Of a DNA stretch of 64,000 bases, positions 26,501 through 38,015 are shown one piece after another; the first letter of the stretch is position 1, and every line of letters starts with the position of its first letter. Origin of the DNA: Chlorokybus atmophyticus (taxonomy: Eukaryota > Plantae > Mesostigma and Chlorokybus algae). Where the stretch lies: positions 1,411,932 through 1,475,931 of the forward strand of contig RHPI01002090.1 in assembly GCA_009103225.1 (NCBI GenBank), given 5' to 3'. A program made the translations under genes and the position numbers. The notes under the pieces were generated by a model. That model did no database searches and was not told the origin of the DNA. It was given only the letters and a program-made list of their open reading frames with translations.

Positions 26501-26848
26501 ACAGGTGGGGAGTTGCCCTCATCAAGTTACAGATTGGGGGTGAAGGAGGATGCCCTGCACACGCTGTATCCTGCAGATATAACCGAGGCGTTGAGGGAGG
26601 CACTGAGGCGGTTTGAGCGCGCCATGCCGGGGTACGTCAGCGGGGGCGCAGGGTTGTTGCATGGCGTGGAGACGCGCACGAGTGCCCCCGTGCGCGTCGA
26701 GCGTGACCCCCACACCCTCCAGAGCCCCTCCCTCCAGGGACTCTTCCCCACCGGTGAAGGCGCCGGTTACGCTGGGGGCATCGTCAGTGCTGCCGTTGAT
26801 GGCGCTCGCGTTGGCCGGGCCGTTGTTGCTGCAGTTCGGGCCGGCTGA
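23573..26848 (+). CDS. Plastid-targeted FAD-dependent oxidoreductase (At4g30720/PDE327-like)
   Basis: Ala/Arg-rich transit peptide, then VWRVLGVEVPPAEDPGKD, IIVGCGPAGLFAA..ERG (Rossmann fold), GEGGAGTWSDGKLTTRIG, KPHLGTD, FALGFRIEHPQ, YSFCMCPGGQ, GVETRTSAPVR and GEGAGYAGGIVSAAVDG. Confidence 0.92.
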
Positions 26849-27419
26849 GGATGATGTCAATGACAACACTGCCATTGACATAACAACATGGCCACGTCCA
26901 TCATGTTGTTATGTCACTGACGTTGCCATCATGTTGATATGTCAATGACAAGCGCCATGGCGCCCAGCCCGCCCCTGCTGCAATGGTATATGGTCATGGG
27001 GCCTGGAAAGTGACGCCAAAAAAGCTCAACAGGTGATGCAGCATGCGCAGTACAGATTACTGCTAAACGAGGGCGCTTAATGTGGTCTTGTGCAGCGCCA
27101 TTGCAGGAGATTGTGGCATCACTGACACACCATGTCGTAGTGTGGACAATACTTGATTGCTGCATAGGTCATACATCGTATGGCACTTAACAAAGAAGTA
27201 TGCCAGTACTCACCACAGCAAGCAGAGCAGGCAGGCAATGCATAGGCTTTGCGGTGGTACTGATGCAAATGTGCAAACATACGCAAGCTACCACAAACAC
27301 AAATACGCACTCAAACACAAGGCAGCTAGCAGCTAGCAGATAGGCAGGAGGAGACTACAAAGGCACTGGCAAGGGCTTGCTAAGCTGTGTGCTCGTAGCT
27401 AAGTGCATGAGCGGGTTGA

Positions 27420-27930
27420 GGGGGCGGGGCAACAAGCAGCAGCAGACCTGAACAACAAGGTGCATGTGCTTGTGACAGTATGCGGCAATATATTGTGCAC
27501 TGGTTTGTTGCCTATGCAATTGTGTTTACACTGAGGTGCCTCTACGCCTGGCTTACTGATTGGCACTGTGGCACATCCCCTCGCCGCCGAGACGCACGGC
27601 ACCCTGGGCCAGAGTTCTCACGACGTCGTCGACATGTGCGCTAGGAGGGCGCTGGCTGCGCGTGACTTGCCCTTGCGCAGGCTATCGGGCTACTTGGCTC
27701 TGTACCGGCAGCGCGTGGCTTGCGCGTGCGCGCGCGCTGCAGCGTGCTCAGGGCATCACCATCCTGGAGCGTGGGGCGGCGGTCGTGGCGGCCGTACCAG
27801 GCTGGGGACCAGTCCAGACGGCAGCGCCAACGTTGGAAGCGGACGCTGTGCTGGCGGCTGCAGCCGTGTAGATGTGTAGGCGTGCTGGCGTGCGTGTGAG
27901 TCTACTGGTGCAGTGTGATAGGCATGGCTG
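27420..27930 (+). mobile_element. 3' fragment of a non-LTR retrotransposon with a restriction-like endonuclease (CRE/Zepp-like), decayed
   Basis: Reads HPLAAETHGTLG..LYRQRVACA[10-bp insertion]LQRAQGITILERG..AAAAV*, matching the C-terminal PxAxETxGxxG..RxxxALQRxxA..IL pattern of RLE LINEs. A second copy lies at 37150-37395 and shares the 3' UTR motif GTGTGATAGGCATGG. Confidence 0.62.
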
Positions 27931-28059
27931 ACAGTGCGTAGCTTTGTATGACGATGTTGCTAGTGACTTCATCACGGCACACCCTACAATGTTGGTTGGT
28001 TGGTTGGTTTGTGCTGCCTGCTTGCTCCTACCCGTTGCCCCGCCTTGCATTTGCACGTA

Positions 28060-28590
28060 GTACAACCCCACCACCCAACCCCACCAGCACCACCTATCTG
28101 CCAGCGCTACACAGTGCAGTGCCCTAGTGCCACAGTGCAGCACTGCATGCCAGCCTGCAGAAAGAGAGGCAGGGCAGAGGGGCGGCGCAGAGGGGCCTTG
28201 CCAGATCAGCGGCGACAAAGGTTTTGCAGTCGAGGCGACGGCACAACGACAGCAGGAGGAGGAGGGGGAGGCGGAGGAGAGAGAACAGGCGGAGCGGGGG
28301 ACGAAGAAGTAGGGAAGCAGGGGGAGGGACAGACGGAGAGGGAGAGAGGGAGGGAGACTGTGGGAGAAGGGGAGAGAGGGAGGGAGAGGGAGGAAGAGGG
28401 AGTGTGCTGCATGCTGCCTGCTGCTGTTACGCTGCACCTGGACTACCGTGGTTGACGCTGCTGCTCGTGTGTTGCACAGGTAATTAACCAGCAATACGCA
28501 TGTATGCATGCCTAACGGGGAGGTCTAGAGTAGGGTAGTGTGGTAGGTAAACAGGCAGTCAATATAGCCCGGTGGTGGTATATGTGACTG
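28060..28590 (-). repeat. Dispersed repeat family R, long copy
   Basis: Shares CCCCACCACCCAACCCC(A)ACCAGCACC, GCATG..AACGGGG and AGCCCGGTGGT blocks with 53150-53520. Short cores occur at 1273 and 16231. Confidence 0.65.
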
Positions 28591-29394
28591 TGTTTTGCAT
28601 GCTGGTTGGTATGCTATGCTGTTGTGACGTCATGCATGTCGCCAATTGCCTCGCGCATATCCTGTACATTGGAGCCTGGTGGAATCAAGTTTGCCCCTGT
28701 TGTCTTGCCAATGTATGCGTAGGTGTGTGCATGACCTACCTGACTCTATACCATATGCAATGTTGATGGTGATGGTGTGGGATGCTATGTTGCTCATTGC
28801 ATGTGCAAAGCATGTGTGTGAATTTGTATTCGGCATTTCATATACCCATGTACCCATGCGTGTTTGTATATGGCGGTGTCTCCTGTACTGTCAGAATTAC
28901 ACGACAACTAGTACATGAAATAGTTAGAAACAAGCACACTGCTCCCAGTAAGCATGGCGGCTAGTAGTTACGCTCAGAAACAACTGTTGTGATTGAATAA
29001 AGTTGGCTGTTGCGCCACATCATCGTTGTACAGGGAGAGCAATGGCTCTTAGCTAGGCTCTCCAGTAAAACACTCAATGCGCATTAAGAGTACATGAAAG
29101 CAAACACAACCTAAAATGTCTACTATACTTAACGACTGTTGGCCTTCAGATCCGCAAAGCAATACCAATTCACGTCTACCTTAATCCACATGCGGTGCTA
29201 GTTGGCAGCCTAGTCACTGCCTGGACTAAGCAAAGGAAAGGGCATCATGCTGCACCCAGCACCGAGCCTACCACTCTCATCAGCCTGGAGCCATAAAAGC
29301 CGCAGCCCGACCCGTCAACGCTTGATACAACCTAGCCTAACATCCAGCCTTACACAAGAACAGCCCATCCATGATGGTTCAACCCGCGGGCTGT

Positions 29395-32216
29395 TCACCT
29401 AGCTCTTGCCTGCCGCTCATGGGAAGCTGTGCTGCTGGCACTGCCCGCTTCCTGGTCACTGTCCCACGCCGACCACTCTTCATCAGCCGGCGCGCTCACC
29501 TCAGGCGCAACCTTCCCCCTCCACAGCCTGCCCAAGTCCCCCCGCATCCAGCCCAGCAGTATGACCGTGCCAAGCGTGCACGGTACCAGGTACAGCAGCG
29601 CGGGCTGACCTCGGCCGTTCATATAATACAAGCCCGCATACGTGAGCAGAAGGCCGACACCGTACCCTGTTGTTGTAGGCACAAAGTAGCCATTTGCCCA
29701 GCTCTTTGCCTTCTCCATGTCGAACCGTAAGGTGTACGCCGCTAACAACCCGGGCAAAACCACATCCCCGTAGCCCAACATGCCGTAGCCACCCCATGGA
29801 TCAAAAAGCCTTGGGGCCTTAAACAACATAGGTAGGGCAGTATCCTGCCCTTTACGCCATTTGCTAGCAACCTGAGAGAGCAAAGATGGTCTCAAACAAA
29901 ATAAAGCCACAGCTGACGAGGCCGGCAAGTAGTAGCAACTGCAATGCCAATGTGCTGGGCTAAGCTATAACACTTACTGCAACCATGACGCTCTCGCCGC
30001 TGAAGAAATAAGGCGACAAGAACACCCAGAAGATGTCGTACAGGAACGTTGATGTTAGCAGGACAGTGGAGACCTTGATGTTGGGCAGCTGTACAGTTCG
30101 CAGGATCAGCACGATGAGTGAAACACCCATCAAGTCCTGCAAAGCCCAAGACCACAACGCTGCTTGATTCAAGAGCCAAATTACGGCCAGCATGGTCGCC
30201 ACAACTGCCGCCAACAATGAGGCGCCTGTAACTTGGCCCACGCATGGAATCCAGCATGACTGGTGGTTTAGGCGCGGGAACAGTCTGCAAGCGCAACGTG
30301 TCACAAGTGTCAGTTCTCCTGCTACAAACAGCATGCATGCGCACCGCAGCATGTTAGGCAAAGGGGCCTCACCTTTGTGCAGGTACTAACAACATCGCAT
30401 GCATTCCTTGAGCGCCCGCGTTGCAGAAAAATAGTAGAAGAATGTAGTAGAACCAATCCGTACGCATATAGAAAAGGATGAGGAGGACGCAGGACGCCAC
30501 CGCCACAAATAGCAGCGCTGCCCGCATGTCTATCTCGTAAGGCTGCTGCCGCTCATCAGACTCGTCCTGTGCGGGTGCACTGGTATCAGCCAAACAGCAA
30601 CTTTTCGCCTGCAACCTTTTTGGTTAACGCTGTTACTATAGCAAGTGATGGGCAACCCTACCTGTTTCAATCGCTGGTGTCCTGAGCGTGAAAATTGCGT
30701 GTGCTCTGAAGCAGCCCAGACACAGGCTAGTACCACAGTTCCTACAGCAATGAGCCATAGCAGAACCGCACTCACGTCCAACACACTTCTATGTGGCGAA
30801 TATATGGCCACCGTTGCTGCAGTATGAAAGTCATGAGGAATACAAGGGAGGCAATATGCACAATACTGAAGCAGGCACAGGAGGCAGATCAACATATTAC
30901 TTTTGCCTGTAGAAACAAGCTCCATCAGCGCTTCAGCATCATCACTCGGTAGAAGAACAGCTGGAATGGTGACGCTGTCTGCTGCAACAGCATCCGAGCT
31001 GTTGCAGCTGAACCCCATTGCGAACGCAACCGTCTCGTTGTTGGCAACGAGCAGTGCCTTGGCTCCAGCTCGCTGCATGTTTGCAGCTTTCTGAACAAAG
31101 GAGCAGTTGCCGCGCGTGACAATGGCAGCTCTGCCTTCAAGCACCTGCAGCAGCTTCTGATCAGCGGAGCTGTAAGCCCACACAACACCACGCATAGCTT
31201 AGGAGCTGGAGCACAGACAAACATTAAGTTGATTGATGTGCACAACCACGCAGCACACAAGAACAATCCTTGAAGATCCCACACCTGGTCTGGTGCTGAG
31301 CAGCCATCACTAGGGCTGACGACGACTGCTGGCAGCACTGGCGTGTCGTTCAACTTGTCAGGAACATCATTTCCAAATGCCGCGAGAACTCCTACATACT
31401 GGTGAGTCCCTGTGCTTGACGTAACTATGACCAACACCTGGGAATGCATCGTCAGTGACAGCGAGAATTACACACTGGTTAGCTGAGAGAGAAAACTGTA
31501 TCCCGACTGCATGATGGCTAGCAAAGACTTGATTTGTTCTGTGAACTGGTTATGTCACCAAAAGTGTTGTATTCATACTTCAGCACACCCTAATAATAGA
31601 GCAAAACCCTACGTTGTAGACACTACTGTACTAAGCGAAGGTGTAGGAACCAACGCACATTGCCCATCTCCTGCAGCACTGTTCCACTGAAGATGCACGA
31701 TAAGCCACAGCATGCTTGTACATGCGTTAGTAGACCCACTGTGACAGCCATTTTGATTGCTTACAACTTGTACTTGTTGAAGAGCAAACTTGCCTAGAAC
31801 CATAGCCAGTCACCTGCACCCTGTGTGCGTAACTTTGGCACTCAACTTGCGCGCAAAAGTTGCTGCCTGTGTATGTTTTAACGGTGCCGTGCGTTTATTG
31901 GCAATTGCTTCTGGTTAAAGCATTGCACGACCGAAAAACAGCACAGGTCCCACCTGACCAGAGTGTGTAGGCAGAGAAGTGAATATGTGTCGAACACAAC
32001 AATGACACGACTTTGACAGTCTTTTTGAAAGTTCAAGCAGCACATTTGCTCGGTTGTTCTCACTGGCTTGCTGTAGTTTCGCCCGCACTCGTCGGAAGGC
32101 TCTGGCCGGGGGGGAGCTTCAGCAACTGCGGCAGCGGCGCCAGACCCCGTCACCACGCAGCAGAGCAGCCAAAACAGGCCTAAACCTAGCCTTAGGTGCC
32201 GCCCGGCAGCAGCCAT
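29395..32216 (-). CDS. SPPL: Signal peptide peptidase-like aspartic protease (PA domain plus A22B domain)
   Basis: Signal peptide, PA domain (AAIVTRGNCSFVQKAANMQRAGAKALLVAN), catalytic FLYDIFWVF and GMLGYGDVVLPG, and the QPALLYLVP motif. Confidence 0.95.
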
Positions 32217-32599
32217 GCTGAGGGCAAAGCAATTAGCCCCACACGCAGCGACCACACTGTATCCGTCAGCTCCACGCAGTGGAGGCAAGCTGCTCGAGTC
32301 CTGGCCTGGGGAGCATGGCGCCGACCGCGCTGGTTTATATCTTCACTTCAACCCCACTGCTTCACCAAGACCAGTTCACCAAGTCCTCGTCAACCCTCCC
32401 GCCGCCGTCCTGCCCACCCAACTCTGTGACAACTCCGTCGCTGGCAACGTGCGCAAACACGCACAGCTTGAAACCAGCCGTAACGCACGCTGTGCATAAT
32501 GACACAAACACCGCAGCTGGGCATCGCATTCAGCTGAAAAGCAAGCCTTGCCACTGGCGATCGACGTGGCAGTCGTCGTGGGCGGCAGCTGCGGCGGCA

Positions 32600-34383
32600 A
32601 TGCCGGCGGTGGCGGTGATCGCGGTATTGTCGTTGTGCTTGCCTCAACCAGCAGGTTATTCGGGCGTCAGATCGTGTCATAGGGCGCTGCGTCGGCATGC
32701 GACATTGCCGCGAAATGCGCCTGGTCAGTATGGGCAGGGCGTGAACTTGGCGAGTGGTTGCTGGTTGAGGTGTTACGTACAATGCGGTTTTATCAACTTC
32801 CTCGACTGATTGCAACTTGGGCAGCTGGAGTGTAGTAGCTCATTGCATGCAGCATTGCATGATGGCGCTCAGCAAGAATGCAATGCTGCTTGACATGCGC
32901 CACTTCGCCATTGAACGTGTAGCTTGTACGCATTCGTTGACTTCATGCCAAGTCACATGCTAACACCCCGTTGCTTGAATGCATGCAACACTTATGGCTT
33001 CAGCTTATGCTGTTCCACCGTGGTCTCACATAAGGCGATGCGGTGCATGTAAGTCACGTAAGCTTGGCTTTTGTCATTGACAGCAAGCAGAACAACACCG
33101 TCTAGGGTTCACTGTCAGCTGGCGGGGGATCAGAGCAAAGCGGGTGCAGACAGCAAAGACTCCTCACAGATATGGCGCATGTTCGTGCAGAGTGCGAGCG
33201 GAGAGTGGGACGGGTACTGCGCAACATTTCGGTCCGATGGCTCACCACAGGTTCAGACAAATACCTTACAACTCATGCTATCCCTGTTGCAGAGTTAAGT
33301 GAGCTGAGACTTGCCGTGTTGTAAACAGGAGTTGCCGGCAAACGTTGTGCCCGACGCGTTCAAAGAGTGGGAGGTGAAGCTTTACGACTGGCAGACACAG
33401 TGCTCTGTCACCGGCGTGGACAACATGCTGCAGAGCACCATCAAGAGGCTTTTGCCCACTGTCGGCTGTGAAGCGGATGCTTCCACAATACACGATGAGA
33501 GCGTGTCTGTGCTGCCTCGGGAGTCTGACATGTTGAGCGTGGCGTACAGCACCGACGGACAGTACAGTGTCAGCCCTGCTGTTCTCGCACCAGAGGGCAA
33601 AGGAGATGTAAACTTTGAACATTGCCTTGTCAGTGACAACAGAGAACGTAAGTGATGATCAAGTACTATGTAGACTGTGTCTCTAACTCCAGCTCAGTGA
33701 GGGGTGAATGAGATGGTCATTTATTACTGGATTCATCTTCCGCAGGTGTTCGCATCCTGCAAACTGTTGCACGTGCCGCTCAGTCCAAAGACTGGAAGTT
33801 GAGAAAAGTAACCGTATACCGAGAGCGCTGGGACTCGGAATACTCACGCGGGGCGTCTTTGCTAAGCTGCGGCTCAAAGGTTGCTTCTAGCTAAGCGCAT
33901 AAACTGATGATGGTCAGCTGGATAGCAGCTGCTGACATTTTGCACAATCTGCCGTATTGCCAGGCCTCCAAGTTTGCAGAAGGCAAGCGTCTAGAAAGCA
34001 AGGAGCTGGAGGGTCAGTGGAAGGCTGTGGATGGCGTGGCAGTTGTGAAGCCGGCCGCACAGGCAGCTGTCCATGACGCGTTGACGCGCTTGCTCCTGCC
34101 AGCTGGCATATGGTGCTTGCTAAGCTCGGCAGGGGGTGCGTTGTGCGTGGAAGCTGGTTGGGTGCATGCTGCTGGGAAACGAACGGTTTCAGCTCGGCAG
34201 TTTTCTGCAGAAGGGGCCCTGCAGGTAAGAACTCTTGAATACCTTGCCTTTGCTCTCAGCACCATCATCCCTGTGTGAACTGTGGGACTGAACACGGCTT
34301 GTCGCGCACAGGGAGTCACGCTGCAGTCTGAGGAGAGGCACTCATAGTAACCACTCTTATTACAGATAATCAAGGTAGTATGA
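32600..34383 (+). CDS. Conserved uncharacterised green-lineage protein (At4g38225-like), probably plastid
   Basis: SGEWDGYCATF..PQ|ELPANVVPDAFKEWEVKLYDWQTQCS..KRLLPTVGCEADA matches remembered plant/algal motifs. The first and last exons are less certain. Confidence 0.75.
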
Positions 34384-35063
34384 ATACACAAGGCACCGTA
34401 GTGATGGCACTTGTTGGAGCCACCATACACCGACGCAGTTCAATAGGAGAGCGTCTGGATGTGATGAGTGACACAACATCAACTGATATGGTCGCTGCTG
34501 TGAGCATGTGTTCAATGAATATCTTCAATGGCGCTCCTGGCAGTTGCGCAAGCTCATGCTCCTCTGTGCAATCTCAAAGCCAGCAATTGTCGGGAGAAAG
34601 CAGCTGGTATCATGCTTTTTTTGTGTAACAGCGGTGCCAAGCAAATGCGCAGACATTGCAGGGCTCACCACCCAACATGGGTAGCCTATAGTAAGCGCCA
34701 AGTGCCGTACGCAGAATAAGGGCACGCATTTACCGTATGCAGCCAGGCAACAGCACACAAAGTGCACAGAGTAAACCAGATATGGCAGCACACAATGTCG
34801 GTTGCTACCACCATGGATGGCAAAACGGAACACGGGGGCCTCGTTCTTGCTGGGTTTGTGCATCAGCGTGCAATCGCAAAAGCAAGCATGCCCCTCACCC
34901 CTCTGTCACCCCCACCCAGTCAGTCAGTAAGTGCTGACCTCAATAGGCCTGCTCGGCACACGAACGCAAGGCCTGTCGTCGCAGTTGCAGGCTGGCACGG
35001 GACTTGGCCATTTGGGCGAACACTTGCTAGGCGCACTGCATTGTGCCGTGGATCAGCGCAACC

Positions 35064-36333
35064 ATGGCGGCGGCGGCGGCGGCGATGTTGGCGTCCTTGT
35101 CGGCGCCATCGTTGCTGGGCCGGCCAGCATCAGCAGCAGCCCGGCGTAGTCCGCTGTCGGTGGCGAGGCGCCCGGCGACGATGCCTGGCGGGACCTCCTC
35201 CCGCCACCGCCCCTTGCAAGTGGTGGCGGTGAAGAAGGAGAGCACCATGCTGCCGCTGGGGACACGCTGCCCCGACTTCGACCTGGTGGAGCCCCTGACG
35301 GGCCGCCGCGTGACGCTGGCAGATCAGGAGGGCGCCGCCGCCCTCCTCGTCGCCATCATGTGCAACCACTGCCCATTCGTTATCCACCTCAAGCCCGCCA
35401 TCACGAAGCTCGCCGACGACTACATGCCGGTGACTAGCACTGCATGTGTGCGCGTGCATGCATGCTTCCTTGAAGAGAGCTTAGCTGAGCTTGCTGTGTT
35501 TGTTTAAGCTGTGAAGCGCTTACCGGTGGCTGGAGGACTCTTCACACAAATAGCTGCTGTTCGGTAGATAAAGTCCAGTACATGTGCATGTGCTTGTCTA
35601 ATCAACTGAGCGTTGTACCCTGACCAGAGGTGTACCGATAGTTTGTTCGGAGTAACTACAGACAGTTGCATGCTGCTACACCTGTGCCCACGCTGTAGTA
35701 GTAGTGGCATGCTTGTCCGTCTCAAACTATGGTTTGCATACCCTGTTGTGCATGTTTTTCTCCACTTCACCAACTGTAGCCAATGCCGTGATGTCACTCT
35801 CTATGCAGAAAGGCCTGGCGGTGGTGGGCATCTCCTCCAACTCGTTTGAGACACATCCCCAGGTATGCTTGCATTGCATGGCGTGTGGGTACTCATGCTT
35901 GTTGCTTTTCTCAGTTGGTATTGCGTCTGTCATAGGATGGACCGGAGGCTATGGCAAAGGATGCAGAAGAGCAGGGCTACGCATTCCCGTACCTTTACGA
36001 CGAGGTACATTACTCAACCCCGTTGCCTCGCAGCATTGACTAGCTTGTGCTGTGCTTCTTTTCTCTCTTTACAGGGGTAATAGCTTCCTCCTCGCCGTGT
36101 AGACACAGGAAGTAGCCAAAGCCTTTCGCGCAGCTTGCACGCCAGAGTTTTACCTCTTCAAGAAGGTTTGTAGTCTTTCTCTGCAGCAAGTGCTTTGCAC
36201 AAACTTCACTCAGCATAAACTACCTCATTGCCTTTGCTTGCAGGACGGGCGACGGCCGTTTGAGCTGGCGTACCGCGGGCAGTTTGATGACTCGCGACCC
36301 GGCAATAACGTCCCTGTCACGGGCAAGTGAGTG

Positions 36334-36372
<39 letters not shown>

Positions 36373-36635
36373 GAAACACAGTTGTGCTGCCACGCTTGAT
36401 GTACCGTCACATATACATGTTGGTTCACTGAAGGGACCTGAGGGAGGCCATTGAGCGCGTATTGTCCGGTCGCCCAGTGGACTTCCCCCAAAAGCCCAGG
36501 TAAGACAGTGCTGTGATGCGCATGTGCTGTGGAGCGGTAAACTTGTGGACTTGAGCACTTGCTGATCTGCTGCTGCTGCGCAGCATCGGTTGCAATGTAA
36601 AATGGCAGCCAGGCAAGGAACCAGAATATTTTTGA
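35064..36635 (+). CDS. Plastid AhpC/TSA-like thioredoxin-family redoxin (At1g21350-like)
   Basis: Transit peptide, then ESTMLPLGTRCPDF, IMCNHCPFVIHL, ISSN, YLYDE, AACTPEFYLF, YRGQFDDSRPGN and KPSIGCNVKW..EYF*. Confidence 0.92.
36335..36372. repeat. (TAC)n microsatellite, intronic
   Basis: About 12 units seen directly. Confidence 0.95.
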
Positions 36636-36639
36636 AAAG

Positions 36640-36925
36640 ATTCACAGTTTGCACAGTTAGGGCACCGGACAGCTGGATGCAGTGGGATTGCAGCTGTGCA
36701 GATGTCATGACACCCATTTATGCTTATCATAGCGGTAACTGCCCACTTGGGGCCTGATGCAACACTGGATGAAGTCGCACAAACCATGTGCTGAACGTCA
36801 TGCCCCATATGCTTTATGCAAGTTTGGAGTGTGCTGCCTGGGTAAGCTTTACCTGATGGATACTTCATGTGTCGGGACGCCGCGCGTGTGCGTAGTGGAT
36901 GCATTCGTGACACACCCGTACTAGA
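36640..36925 (+). mobile_element. Heavily decayed RLE-LINE fragment (zinc knuckle plus PD..D region)
   Basis: With stops and frameshifts it reads WDCSCADVMTPIYAYHSGNCPLG (CxC..HxxxC), then PDGYF../..PRVCVVDAFVTHP, resembling CCHC plus RPD..DVxVxHP of CRE-type elements. Confidence 0.35.
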
Positions 36926-37149
36926 AACATCTTGCAGTTGTGAGCAGACACAACTGAACACAGCAAACCAGCACAAAATGTGCATGTGAAAAAAAAAGAA
37001 TGCGGAGGATGGATGTGTGCAGCATGGACGTGTGCAGCGACTTCCCGCACCGCCCGGGGAGCCAAGGAGCATTGGTCAGCCGCTTATTCTGTCTTTTGTT
37101 ACTAACACAGCAATTGTGTGTTCGGTCTATGTATTGCATTCCATGCCTA

Positions 37150-37395
37150 TCACACACCCACACAACACCATGCACGCACTACACAGCCGCAGCTGCCAGC
37201 AAGGCGTCCTCCTCGGTAGTTGGTGATGCTGTCTGCACGGGTCCCCAACCTGGTACCCCCGCCACGACCACCGCCTCGCGCTCCAGCATCATGGCCTTGC
37301 ACATGTTGCAGCGCGCACGCCACACGGAACGCACCATGTCCTTGCAACTGAGCTCTTGCAACTTGAACTTGAACATCACACAACGCGGACACGTT
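37150..37395 (-). mobile_element. Second 3' fragment of the RLE-type non-LTR element
   Basis: Reads RVACALQHVQG/..MLEREAVVVAGVPGWGPVQTASPTTEEDALLAAAAV*, versus ILERGAAVVAAVPGWGPVQTAAPTLEADAVLAAAAV* at 27760-27871. Confidence 0.62.
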
Positions 37396-37419
37396 GAATG
37401 ATGACGGAACATTATGCCA

Positions 37420-38015
37420 TTAAGGATTTCTTTGCGCCATGCACAGCTGCCTCCAACCCGTGCGGTTTTAATTCTGGCACTCGCGATACTACCTCTTGCA
37501 TTGCTTGTACAGAGAAAGAACGAGACCAAGTCGCATATGTTGCTTTCAAGACGCTGACATAACAAAAAGGGGTGCATGAATACTGTGGCCAACGAGACCA
37601 AGTCGCATTTGTTGCTTTCAAGACGCTGACATAACAAAAAGGGCTGCATGAATACTGTGGCCAAATGCTTACAGGGCTGATGACATCGATCTAAGTTGAA
37701 ACTTGTCATCAATTAATAGTCTGACCCTTGGCTGCAGTAAGTAAGCCAAAGAAAGAGAAGAGAGTTCAAGAAGCATTTATCACCAAACATTTATCATCAA
37801 TCACCCATACGCGCAGCTAACTATAACAAGCGTGCATATCAACGGTCTATCAAGTGCATATCTTATACTGCTGAGGCCAATTCCGACATACTCGGTAGCT
37901 GACTCTGGGCTCCGAAGTGGTAGAGTTGCATAGCAGGCTAGGTGCACCCATAGCGATGACCATTGCGTGCTGGAGATCTACAGGTGACCACCACAAGAAA
38001 TTAGAACGATTGGGA
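37420..38015 (-). pseudogene. Degenerate duplicate of ALDH6 exons 2-4 with introns
   Basis: ISSTQW..LPLRSPESA, PRVRLLIDDKF..DVI and [27 protein letters not shown] align with 12460-12990, introns included. A ~72-bp tandem duplication lies at 37519-37662. Confidence 0.85.

Noticed and set aside
27748-28509. 253-aa minus ORF and 151-aa plus ORF over the GA-rich tract
   Set aside because: Low-complexity purine/pyrimidine tract within repeat family R, with no splice structure or motifs.
36640-37395. Twin-priming inversion explaining the two oppositely oriented LINE pieces
   Set aside because: The pieces are tail-to-tail, whereas twin priming places the inverted part upstream of the 3' piece.
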